A stretch of 32,000 bases of DNA from an uncultured Chloroflexia bacterium (GTDB taxonomy: Bacteria; Chloroflexota; Anaerolineae; Anaerolineales; Anaerolineaceae): contig OY969938.1 in NCBI GenBank assembly GCA_963704755.1, forward strand, positions 2,580,001-2,612,000, given 5' to 3'. Made by a program: the position numbers and the translations under genes. Below are positions 17,162 through 24,919 of this stretch, piece after piece (position 1 is the stretch's first letter; every line of letters starts with the position of its first letter). A model generated the notes under the pieces. That model worked only from the letters and a program-made list of their open reading frames with translations, searched no databases and was not told where the DNA came from.

Positions 17162-18087
17162 ACTGGGTTATTGAAACCGAAAATCTCGTCAAACGTTACG
17201 GCGACGTGACCGCCGTGGACCAACTTTCTTTACGGGTTGGCCAGGGTGAAATCTACGCTTTCCTGGGGCTGAACGGCGCCGGAAAAACGACCACCATTCG
17301 CATGCTGCTGGGATTGATCCGGCCGTCGGCCGGCAGCGTCTCTGTACTGGGCACGCCGGTCCGCCTGGGCCAAAGCGAACCCTGGGCCGGGGTTGGCCAG
17401 ATGGTGGAAGTGCCCCATGCCTACCCCGAGCTGACCGTGCGCGAAAACCTGGAAGTGACCCGCCGGCTGCATCCCGGCACGCCGGCCAGGGCGGTGGACC
17501 AGGAGATCGAACGCCTGGGGTTGGCGCAATATGCCGACCGCCGGGCCGGGCACCTCTCGCTGGGTAACGCCCAACGCCTGGGACTGGCCAAGGCTTTGCT
17601 GCACAATCCGCGCCTGCTGCTGCTGGACGAGCCGGCCAACGGCCTTGACCCGGCCGGGATCGTCGAGATCCGCGAACTGCTGGTCGAGCTGACCCGCGAG
17701 CAAGGCGTGACCGTTTTCATGTCCAGCCACATCCTGGCCGAGGTCTCGCGCCTGGCCAAACGGATCGGCATCATTCACAACGGCCACCTGCTCCAGGAAC
17801 TGGACGTGGACGACCTGGAACGCAACCGTAAAAAGAGGCTTCTGCTGAGGACGCGTGATATTGAAGCAGCCCGGCAGGCCTTGACCAACGCCGGGCTGTT
17901 TGTTGAATTGCTCCCGGATGGCGAGCTGGAGATCAAAAGCCCCGCGTCGGTGGAGCAGCCCGACCATGTGGCCGATCTGCTGGTGCGGGCGGGTTACCCG
18001 CCTACCCGCCTGATGGTGGAAGAGGAAGACCTGGAGCAGTATTTCTTAAGATTGGTTGGATTGGATGGAGGAACCCAAAATGAATAG
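17158..18087 (+). CDS. ABC transporter ATP-binding protein (ABC-2 / bacitracin-lantibiotic exporter type)
   Basis: It has Walker A (GLNGAGKTTT), the signature motif (LSLGNAQRL) and Walker B (LLLLDEP), and is translationally coupled to tetR. Confidence 0.9.
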   Translation: MNWVIETENLVKRYGDVTAVDQLSLRVGQGEIYAFLGLNGAGKTTTIRMLLGLIRPSAGSVSVLGTPVRLGQSEPWAGVGQMVEVPHAYPELTVRENLEVTRRLHPGTPARAVDQEIERLGLAQYADRRAGHLSLGNAQRLGLAKALLHNPRLLLLDEPANGLDPAGIVEIRELLVELTREQGVTVFMSSHILAEVSRLAKRIGIIHNGHLLQELDVDDLERNRKKRLLLRTRDIEAARQALTNAGLFVELLPDGELEIKSPASVEQPDHVADLLVRAGYPPTRLMVEEEDLEQYFLRLVGLDGGTQNE

Positions 18088-18856
18088 CCTCAACGATATG
18101 ATCTGGATCGAGTACCGCAAGGCGATCCGTTCCAAAATGCCTCTATGGACTGCGCTGGGCTCACTAATTATGCCCCTGGGGGTGGCTTTTCTGATCTTCG
18201 TTTCCAAGAACCCGGATATTTCGCGCAAGCTCGGCCTGGTCAGCGCCAAGGCCGACCTGGTGGCGTTTTCGGCCGCCAATTGGCAGGCTTACCTGGGTTT
18301 CTTTGGCGAACTGGTCGCCGCAGCCGGTGGTTTCCTGTTCGTCCTGGCCATAAGCTGGATCTTTGGCCGCGAATTTGTGGATGGCACCCTCAAAGATATG
18401 CTCGCCGTGCCCGTCCGGCGCGCCAATATCCTGCTGGCCAAGTTTATCGTCGTATCCCTTTGGGATGTGGTTTTGACTCTGGTGATTCTGCTCATTGGCC
18501 TGGCTATGGGCGCCTTGCTGCGCCTGCCGGATGCGTCCGCAGCGGTCATCCTGCACGGCGTTTTGCTGATCCTGGTGTGCGCGATCGGCACCATTTTCGT
18601 GATCCTGCCGTTTGCGCTCTTTGCCAGCATTGGGCGGGGTTATTTGCTCCCGCTGGGGCTGGCCGTGCTGTCTATGATGCTGGCCAACCTGGTCGCCATG
18701 CTGGGCTGGGGGGCCTACTTCCCCTGGGCCATTCCTGGAATGTATTCACAAGGTGTTGCCATGCCGGCCGCAAGCTGGATCATCGTCGTTTTGACCGGCC
18801 TGGCCGGCATGCTGGCCACATCCCTGTGGTGGAACCTGGCCGATCAGAGCAAATAG
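18080..18856 (+). CDS. ABC-2 type transporter permease
   Basis: It has about six hydrophobic helices. I set the start at the ATG at 18080, with GGAGG 8 nt upstream, overlapping the ATPase stop. The track start at 18056 is a TTG. Confidence 0.8.
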   Translation: MNSLNDMIWIEYRKAIRSKMPLWTALGSLIMPLGVAFLIFVSKNPDISRKLGLVSAKADLVAFSAANWQAYLGFFGELVAAAGGFLFVLAISWIFGREFVDGTLKDMLAVPVRRANILLAKFIVVSLWDVVLTLVILLIGLAMGALLRLPDASAAVILHGVLLILVCAIGTIFVILPFALFASIGRGYLLPLGLAVLSMMLANLVAMLGWGAYFPWAIPGMYSQGVAMPAASWIIVVLTGLAGMLATSLWWNLADQSK

Positions 18857-18906
18857 CCTATTTGGAGTTTTTCCCAGTTGGGTTGAACAGTTACGCTTTA
18901 TCAATA

Positions 18907-19030
18907 TAATTAACGTCAGTTCGGGATAAGGGTTTTTGAGTGTGTTTTTATTCGTGGCGGCGCAGCCGCCACGAATAAAAACACACTCAAATTACTTCTC
19001 TTTTCTTTTATCCCGAATTCAGGTTAATTA
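18907..19030. repeat. 124-bp extended palindrome: perfect 27-bp-stem core (18935-18991) with imperfect outer arms
   Basis: The core is tttgagtgtgtttttattcgtggcggc, loop gca, gccgccacgaataaaaacacactcaaa. The outer arms are taattaacgtcagttcgggataag (18907-18930) and tttatcccgaattcaggttaatta (19007-19030), complementary at 20/24 positions. Confidence 0.8.
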
Positions 19031-19100
19031 ACAAAACAACTACATCGGAAACAGGGCGTGACCTGGCCCGAGCAATTCCCATAATTGTAAGGAGGAAAAA

Positions 19101-19478
19101 ATGGCAAAAGCTCTTGGTGTTGGCGGTATCTTCTTCAAATCGCATGATCCGGCCAAACTGCAAGGTTGGTATGCCCAGTGGTTGGGCTTTAGCGCACAAT
19201 ACGAACAGGGCATGTCCTTTGCGATCTTCCAACCTGCCACGATGCCCGCAAACGGTTACACGCTTTTAAGCGCGTTCGATCCCGAGACCACCTATTTTGC
19301 TCCTTCGAGCAAGGATTTCATGTTCAATCTGGTCGTCGATAACCTGGAGGAAGCCCTCAGCCAGGTGGCGGCTGGAGGTGCTCAGGTGGTGGGGGAGATC
19401 GAGAAAAGCGAATACGGCAATTTCGGGTGGTTCATCGACCCGGACGGGAACAAGGTCGAGCTCTGGCAGCCGGCGTAG
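19101..19478 (+). CDS. VOC (glyoxalase/bleomycin-resistance) family protein
   Basis: The 125-aa sequence ends FGWFIDPDGNKVELWQP, typical of VOC proteins. TAAGGAGG provides an SD. Confidence 0.85.
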   Translation: MAKALGVGGIFFKSHDPAKLQGWYAQWLGFSAQYEQGMSFAIFQPATMPANGYTLLSAFDPETTYFAPSSKDFMFNLVVDNLEEALSQVAAGGAQVVGEIEKSEYGNFGWFIDPDGNKVELWQPA

Positions 19479-19855
19479 ACCCTCATCCCTTCCTTCCCCC
19501 TAAGAGGCGGAAGGCGGAGACTTCCTCTCCCCCTTCGGGGAGAGGCCAGGTGAGGGGCGCTCGCCGGCCTGCTTGTAGCCCGGCTTATCGGCGCATACCC
19601 TCATCCCATCCTTCCCCCTGGGATGGGGAAGGCGTTAAGTTGCGCTCGCCGGCAATATGGGATGCCAGGGGCAACTTTTTATCGAGTAACCAATTTTGTA
19701 GGTTGGGTTGAGCGGATTTGGCGAATGCCCCCATCGCCTACGGCAAAGCTCAACCCAACAAGTTTTACCAGGCCGTTGGGTTCGGGCAAGGTGCTTGCCA
19801 ATTAACTCCATGCCCTTAGCCAATGCCGTCTATGAGCCCGAACCCAACCTACAGG
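19479..19855. repeat. repeat-dense non-coding tract: two degenerate direct units plus twin GTTGGGTT hairpins
   Basis: The direct repeats are accctcatccc(t/a)tccttccccct at 19479 and 19597, and gcgctcgccggc at 19557 and 19642. Hairpins are cctctcccc/ggggagagg (19524-19545), ccttcccc/ggggaagg (19610-19632), gttgggttgagc/gctcaacccaac (19702-19713 / 19748-19759) and gttgggttcgggc/gcccgaacccaac (19775-19787 / 19836-19848). Confidence 0.7.
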
Positions 19856-19898
19856 CTACATGCTAACCGCTAAAAGCTAACAGCCAACATTTTTCTTG

Positions 19899-20321
19899 TT
19901 ACTTGCGCCCCTTCGGCGGGTTCAGCTCCACGGCTTCGAGGATGAGCGCCTTGAACGCAGCTTCATCGACGGCGGCTTTTTCGAAAAAGTCGATGGCGCG
20001 AACGGACTTGCTGTCCAGGCGCGTGTTGAAGAGCCCCTTGGGGTCCTTCACCTGCGCACCCTTGGGGAAGGTCAAGCGGACCGCCTTCTTGAGGATATCT
20101 GCGACACAGACGATGCCGTTATAAGACCACACCGCATCCCCCTCCGGTTTGGAAGGCTTTTTCCACTTCACTTCTTCGACCATAGCCGGGTAGGCTTCCA
20201 GGATCAAAGCGCGCAGATGCGCTAATTTCTCTCCCCGCCAGTCGACCTGCGCCGCGATGATGGCATCGATCTGCTGGGAAGGGGTCTTTTCTTCCGCTGA
20301 GGGGTTCGATTGTGCGTTCAT
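19899..20321 (-). CDS. DUF1801 (YdhG-like) domain protein
   Basis: WRGEKLAHLRALILEAYPAMVEEVKWKKP...VRLTFPKGAQVKDPKGLFN matches the DUF1801 pattern. I set the start at the ATG at 20321, 13 nt after the pepF stop. Confidence 0.7.
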   Translation of the reverse strand: MNAQSNPSAEEKTPSQQIDAIIAAQVDWRGEKLAHLRALILEAYPAMVEEVKWKKPSKPEGDAVWSYNGIVCVADILKKAVRLTFPKGAQVKDPKGLFNTRLDSKSVRAIDFFEKAAVDEAAFKALILEAVELNPPKGRK

Positions 20322-20334
20322 TTTTTGCCTGTCT

Positions 20335-22113
20335 CTACTCCATGGCTTCCAACTGCCCGACCAGCCCATCGATCACGTCGAAGCCGCCCTGCCAGAAGGC
20401 CGCCTGGCTGACGTCGATGCCGGCCTCGGCCAGCAGCTTGACCGGCGCCATGGCTCCGCCGGTGGAGAGGATCTTGATATAGCGCGGCTTGAAGGATTTG
20501 CCCTCGGCTTTGTACTGCTGGTAGAGCGAAAATACCAGCAGTTGCCCAAAGGCGTAAGCATACACGTAAAAAGGCGTTTCGTAGATGTGCGGGATGGAAA
20601 CCCACTCCCAGCGGAATTCGTCGCTGAGCTCCACCGAATCGCCGAACTGGTCCTTCAGGTTTTCCAGGTAACGGTCGGAAAGATCGTCCACCGAAGCGCC
20701 CTGGTTGGTCAGCTCATGGGCCTCACGCTCGAACAGGGCGAAGTACGCCTGGCGCTGGATGGTGGCGTAGGAGTTGTCCAACTGGCGGAAGAGCAGGTCT
20801 CGGCGGACCAATTCGTCGCGTTCTTCTTTGAGCAGGCGGTCCACCAGCATCATCTCGCCGAAAGTCGAGGCCGTTTCGGCCAGGGGTAGATTGGAATGAT
20901 AAGTCAAGATGCCGTGATGCTCGGAAAGCTGGCTGTGGATGGCGTGCCCTAATTCGTGGGCCAGGGTGGCCATATCGTCGGCCCGGCCCTGGTAATTGAC
21001 CAGTACCCAGGGGGTCACTTCAGGCGAAGCCGGCCAGCAAAACGCCCCGCCCCGTTTGCCTTTGCGCACTTCACTATCCAGGTGACCCTTCTTCAGCACA
21101 CGCTGGGCCAGCTCGGCAAAGCGCGGGTCGAACTCGTTGAACGAGGCAAACACTTTCTGGGTCGCCAGGCTGAAATCGTACATTTTCTCCGAGCGGGTCA
21201 CCGGGGCGTAGACGTCGTATCGGCGCAGGCGCTCGATACCCAGCAGGCGCGCTTTGAGCTTGAAAAAGCGCTGGAAGATGCCCACGTTCTGGCGGGACAC
21301 CTCCAGCAGGGTATCTACCACGGCATCGGGCAGGTCGTTGCTCATGTTGCGCGCGGTGATCGGGCTGGCATAGTTGCGCAGGTTGATCTGCTCGTTGCGC
21401 CAGTCGCGCACCAGGGCCTGGTAAATCTGTCCCAGGATGGGCCCATCGTTCCCATACACCCGGTACAGCTCCTGGTAAGCCGCGGCGCGTACGGCCGGGT
21501 CGGCCTGGCGGGCGTATACCATCAACTCCCCGCGGGTCATCTCTTTTTCTTCGCCGGCTACCTTTACCTTGAAGGTATAACGGTTGGTGATCGAGTTGTA
21601 CAGCATTTGCAGCGCGTTCGAGCCGGTCACATTTTTGATGTTGATGATCTTCTCTTCCGGTTCGCTGAGGGTGTATGGCTTGAAGTGACGCATCGCTTCC
21701 AGCCAGTAGGCCACGTCACCGGAGGCCGCCTGCAGCGCGGCTGCTTGTTTATCGGGCAGGTTCTTCCACCACAGGTCAAAGAACAGGGTGCGATTGTTCA
21801 GATCGGCCACAAACTGCTCGACCCGCGCCGCCAGGCTTTGGGCGGTCTGGTTTTGGGTATCTTCGGCGAACAGGAGCCCGGCAAAGGCGTACAGCCGCGA
21901 TCCTTTTTCCTGGATCTTTTCGACCTGTTTGAGCGCGTCCAAAAAATCGGCCGTGCTGATGGCCTCGGTCAGCCGCGGTCGCAGCGCTTCGAATTTTTTT
22001 ACATCCTGGTCGAGCTGTTGAAAAGCGGCCTCGAGGTCTGCGCCTTCGGGCCCGCTGAACAGGTCGGCCAGGCTCCAACGAGATTGTACGTAGGTTGTGT
22101 CCAAAGTGGTCAT
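20335..22113 (-). CDS. pepF: oligoendopeptidase F (M3B metallopeptidase)
   Basis: It has the HELGH zinc motif (LAHELGHAIH), is 592 aa long and has the PepF N-terminal helical domain pattern. Confidence 0.9.
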   Translation of the reverse strand: MTTLDTTYVQSRWSLADLFSGPEGADLEAAFQQLDQDVKKFEALRPRLTEAISTADFLDALKQVEKIQEKGSRLYAFAGLLFAEDTQNQTAQSLAARVEQFVADLNNRTLFFDLWWKNLPDKQAAALQAASGDVAYWLEAMRHFKPYTLSEPEEKIINIKNVTGSNALQMLYNSITNRYTFKVKVAGEEKEMTRGELMVYARQADPAVRAAAYQELYRVYGNDGPILGQIYQALVRDWRNEQINLRNYASPITARNMSNDLPDAVVDTLLEVSRQNVGIFQRFFKLKARLLGIERLRRYDVYAPVTRSEKMYDFSLATQKVFASFNEFDPRFAELAQRVLKKGHLDSEVRKGKRGGAFCWPASPEVTPWVLVNYQGRADDMATLAHELGHAIHSQLSEHHGILTYHSNLPLAETASTFGEMMLVDRLLKEERDELVRRDLLFRQLDNSYATIQRQAYFALFEREAHELTNQGASVDDLSDRYLENLKDQFGDSVELSDEFRWEWVSIPHIYETPFYVYAYAFGQLLVFSLYQQYKAEGKSFKPRYIKILSTGGAMAPVKLLAEAGIDVSQAAFWQGGFDVIDGLVGQLEAME

Positions 22114-22183
22114 TGCTTTACCTCATAAGGTTTGTCTGCTTGGCCCGCTGAAAAGCCCTGGCTTTGGCCACCGGCCGGAGCGC

Positions 22184-23275
22184 TTATTGGGCTTCATTCA
22201 ACACGGATTTTAGAAATTGCCTGAGATGGTCGATCGGCAGGCGTTGGTTGGTCTGCGGATCGAGATAAAACCAGGTTTGCCAGCCGTTGGCCGAGCCGGC
22301 GTGGAACTGGCGGGCCAACCCGTGGATCGATCCACGCACGCCGTCGTACACAATGCATCCGTCGGCCTGGACGATGGCGGCCTGGTCCCCCTTGGCCCCC
22401 AGGTAAAGCGCCTGGCCGGGGGTGAGCAGGCCGTTTTCGAGCAGCGCGCCAAAGGGCAGGCGTGGCTCGCGGCGGGGGTTGATGCTCGGCAAGGCGTTGG
22501 GCATGGCCGGCGCGACGGCCTCGATGCGCTGGCTGGCCAACTGAACATAATCGGGGTCCCGCTCGATGCCGATCCAATGGCGGTTCAACTGGCGGGCCAC
22601 CTCGCCGGTCGTGCCGGTACCGAAGAATGGGTCGAGGACCACGTCGCCGGGGTTCGAGCTGGCCTCCAGGACGCGGTACAACAACGCCCGCGGCTTTTGG
22701 GTGGAATGGGCCTTGGCCCCATTGACGTGCAGCCGTTCCCGCCCGGTGCAAATGGGTAAATCCCAATCGCTGCGCATTTGCAGCCCATCGTTGAGCGCTT
22801 TCATGGCGTGGTGGTTGAAGGTATAACGCTGCCCGCGCTGCTTCTGCGCCCAGATCAGCGTTTCGTGGGCGTTGGTAAAGCGCACCCCGCGGAAATTGGG
22901 CATGGGGTTGTTCTTGATCCAGACCACGTCGTTTAGGATCCAATAGCCCAGGTTTTGCAGGGCATAGCCCACCCGGTAGATGTTGTGGTAGCTGCCGATT
23001 ACCCACAGCGTGCCGGTTGGCTTGAGCACCCGCCGGCAGGCGCGCAGCCAGTCCTCGCTGAACCGGTCGTAGGATTGGAAATCGTCGAAATGGTCCCACG
23101 AATCGTCCACAGCGCTGACTTTGCTCTGGTCGGGGCGCAGCAGCTCGTGTTGCAGTTGCAGGTTATAAGGCGGATCGGCAAAAACCAGGTCAACCGATTC
23201 GGGCGGAAAAGTCTCCAATACCTGAAGACAATCGCCCTGGACCACCTGGTCGATGGGCAGTTGGTTTTGGGGCAT
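22184..23275 (-). CDS. beta-class N6-adenine DNA methyltransferase, CcrM/M.HinfI-like (probable GANTC specificity)
   Basis: Motif IV (VDLVFADPPYNLQL) precedes motif I (LDPFFGTGTTG). The blocks WVIGSYHNIYRVG, NPMPNFRGVRFTNAHETLIWA and QMRSDW..PICTG match my recollection of Caulobacter CcrM. So does a CcrM-type C-terminal extension (EPRLPFGALLENGLLTPG...GSIHGLA...NGWQTWFY). I set the start at the ATG at 23275. Confidence 0.85.
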   Translation of the reverse strand: MPQNQLPIDQVVQGDCLQVLETFPPESVDLVFADPPYNLQLQHELLRPDQSKVSAVDDSWDHFDDFQSYDRFSEDWLRACRRVLKPTGTLWVIGSYHNIYRVGYALQNLGYWILNDVVWIKNNPMPNFRGVRFTNAHETLIWAQKQRGQRYTFNHHAMKALNDGLQMRSDWDLPICTGRERLHVNGAKAHSTQKPRALLYRVLEASSNPGDVVLDPFFGTGTTGEVARQLNRHWIGIERDPDYVQLASQRIEAVAPAMPNALPSINPRREPRLPFGALLENGLLTPGQALYLGAKGDQAAIVQADGCIVYDGVRGSIHGLARQFHAGSANGWQTWFYLDPQTNQRLPIDHLRQFLKSVLNEAQ

Positions 23276-23318
23276 ATTCTTTATTTTACACGCGAAACGA
23301 GAAACGGTCGCGACAGAT

Positions 23319-24017
23319 CTAGAACCGGCTGGTCTCTTCCCACTTCTTGACTGCGGACCGGATGAGGCCCTTGATTTCCTCGCTGGGCACTTCGTCAATT
23401 CCCGGGAACTTCTGTGCCCCTACCCAAACCACGACCCCCATACTGGGATCCTGCACCAACCGGATGCCCTGGTTGACCAGGGACGTTTCTTTTACCATTT
23501 CCTGAAGGATCTCGTCGATTTGCCCGACGACGGTGGTTGGGCGCGGTTTCTCAGGTTTGATTTCGGGCATGAACGGCGGGATCGAAATCGGAATTTCAGG
23601 CTTGGGCAGCGGCTTCAGCGGTGTTGGCGGCAGAATTGGCGCTTGCAGCCCCAGCCAGACGTTCCACCCTTCGGCTGCCTGGCGCAGTTTTTGCAAGTGC
23701 TCCGCGGAGAGCATGTCCGGGTTCAGGTAAATCTTTTTATCGACCTCGGTCACCAGTTTACCGGTCGAATTTTCGCGGTATAAACGTGCCAGCGGCTCGA
23801 AGCGCTCCAAAGGCAGGCCGGTGTAGGGCTCCTTATAGGGCTCACGGGTGGCCGGCGGGCGGTCTTCTGCCGGCGCGGCCGGTTTTTCTGCCGGCGCCGG
23901 CGCTTTTTCCTCACGTTCCGGGGTGCGCTCGACAAAAAGATACGACACCAGGGCACCGACGATGAAGCCGATGACAGTAAAAATGATGGCTGGCAAGAGC
24001 AGGTCTCCGATGGGCAT
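23319..24017 (-). CDS. hypothetical single-pass membrane protein with Pro/Ala/Glu-rich linkers
   Basis: I set the start at the ATG at 24017, preceded by GGGAGGTAATC, 2 nt after the fpg stop. It has an N-terminal TM helix (LLLPAIIFTVIGFIVGALVSYLF). I recognise no family. Confidence 0.6.
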   Translation of the reverse strand: MPIGDLLLPAIIFTVIGFIVGALVSYLFVERTPEREEKAPAPAEKPAAPAEDRPPATREPYKEPYTGLPLERFEPLARLYRENSTGKLVTEVDKKIYLNPDMLSAEHLQKLRQAAEGWNVWLGLQAPILPPTPLKPLPKPEIPISIPPFMPEIKPEKPRPTTVVGQIDEILQEMVKETSLVNQGIRLVQDPSMGVVVWVGAQKFPGIDEVPSEEIKGLIRSAVKKWEETSRF

Positions 24018-24019
24018 GA

Positions 24020-24886
24020 TTACCTCCCTTTTTTGGTTGTCCAGGCGGAAGATGCCGGTTGGCAAACCGGGCAAAAATGTGTGCTGCGTTGGCCGACCAG
24101 GATACGTTGGACGGGTGTCCCGCAGACCGGGCAGGGTTTTCCGGTACGACCATAGACCCTGAAACTATTTTGGAAGCTGCCGCCCCGATAAACCCAATCG
24201 ATGCTGGCGCCGTTGCGGCAAATCCCCTCCAGCAGTACGGCGCGGATCGCCTCCAGCAGCCGGGCGGCTTCGGGCAGGCTGAGGGCGTCGGAGGGTGTCA
24301 GCGGATGGATACCGGCCAGGTGCAGGGCCTCATCGGTGTAGATATTGCCCAGGCCGGCCAGGAAGGTCTGGTCCATCAGCAGCGGCTTGAGCTGGCGGCT
24401 GCGTTCGACCAGCCGGGCGTGAAACGCGCCGGCGGTCAAATTATCATCGAGCGGCTCGGGTCCCAGGTCGCCCAGCACGGTTTGAGCGTCTTGCACCAGC
24501 CAGGCGCGCCCGAACTTGCGAGTATCGTTGAAGGCCAGGCGCTGGCCATCGACAAAGTCGAATACCAACCGGTCGTGCGTTCGCAGCGGCAGCGCTACGC
24601 CGGCCGGGTCCAGGCAGCCCTCAACGCGAAGATCGCCGCTCATCCGTAAATGGATGAGCAGCGCATCTCGCGATAAGTGAAAATATAAGAATTTCCCCCG
24701 CCGGCTGACCTGGCCGACCTGCTGCCCGGCGATCCTTTCCGCGAAGGATGGAGCGTCTGGCTCGGCGATAGCTTTTGGCCATAAAACCCACGCGCGTTGA
24801 ATAACTCGACCCACAACTGCCGGGCCTTCTGTGCCCCCATTTTGCAGGGAGCGGACGATCGTTTCAACTTCGGGGAGTTCTGGCAT
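24020..24886 (-). CDS. mutM: formamidopyrimidine-DNA glycosylase
   Basis: It has the N-terminal MPELPEVE catalytic motif, an H2TH region and a C-terminal zinc finger (CPVCGTPV...THFCPVCQ). Confidence 0.9.
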   Translation of the reverse strand: MPELPEVETIVRSLQNGGTEGPAVVGRVIQRAWVLWPKAIAEPDAPSFAERIAGQQVGQVSRRGKFLYFHLSRDALLIHLRMSGDLRVEGCLDPAGVALPLRTHDRLVFDFVDGQRLAFNDTRKFGRAWLVQDAQTVLGDLGPEPLDDNLTAGAFHARLVERSRQLKPLLMDQTFLAGLGNIYTDEALHLAGIHPLTPSDALSLPEAARLLEAIRAVLLEGICRNGASIDWVYRGGSFQNSFRVYGRTGKPCPVCGTPVQRILVGQRSTHFCPVCQPASSAWTTKKGR

Positions 24887-24919
24887 CGACGTATGTCAGT
24901 TCAGGCAAGCCTCACAAGG

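Noticed and set aside
18145-18909. A 254-aa plus-strand ORF in another frame of the permease gene.
   Set aside because: It is Arg/Gly/Pro-rich, and it is an out-of-frame reading of a clearly hydrophobic six-helix permease.
1686-18991. The recurring hairpins as a CRISPR array.
   Set aside because: They are inverted, not direct, repeats. They are kilobases apart with genes between them, they have no regular spacing, and there are no cas genes.
19427-19823. ORFs 19427..19711, 19623..19805 and 19635..19823 in the convergent spacer.
   Set aside because: They read through the direct and inverted repeats (the VGWVE / NPT-type artefact). They have no SD and mutually overlapping frames.
22114-24019. 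A restriction-modification system around the methyltransferase.
   Set aside because: The only uncharacterised neighbour (23319..24017) is a small Pro-rich membrane-anchored protein with no nuclease motifs that I can see (no PD-(D/E)xK or HNH). pepF and fpg are housekeeping genes.
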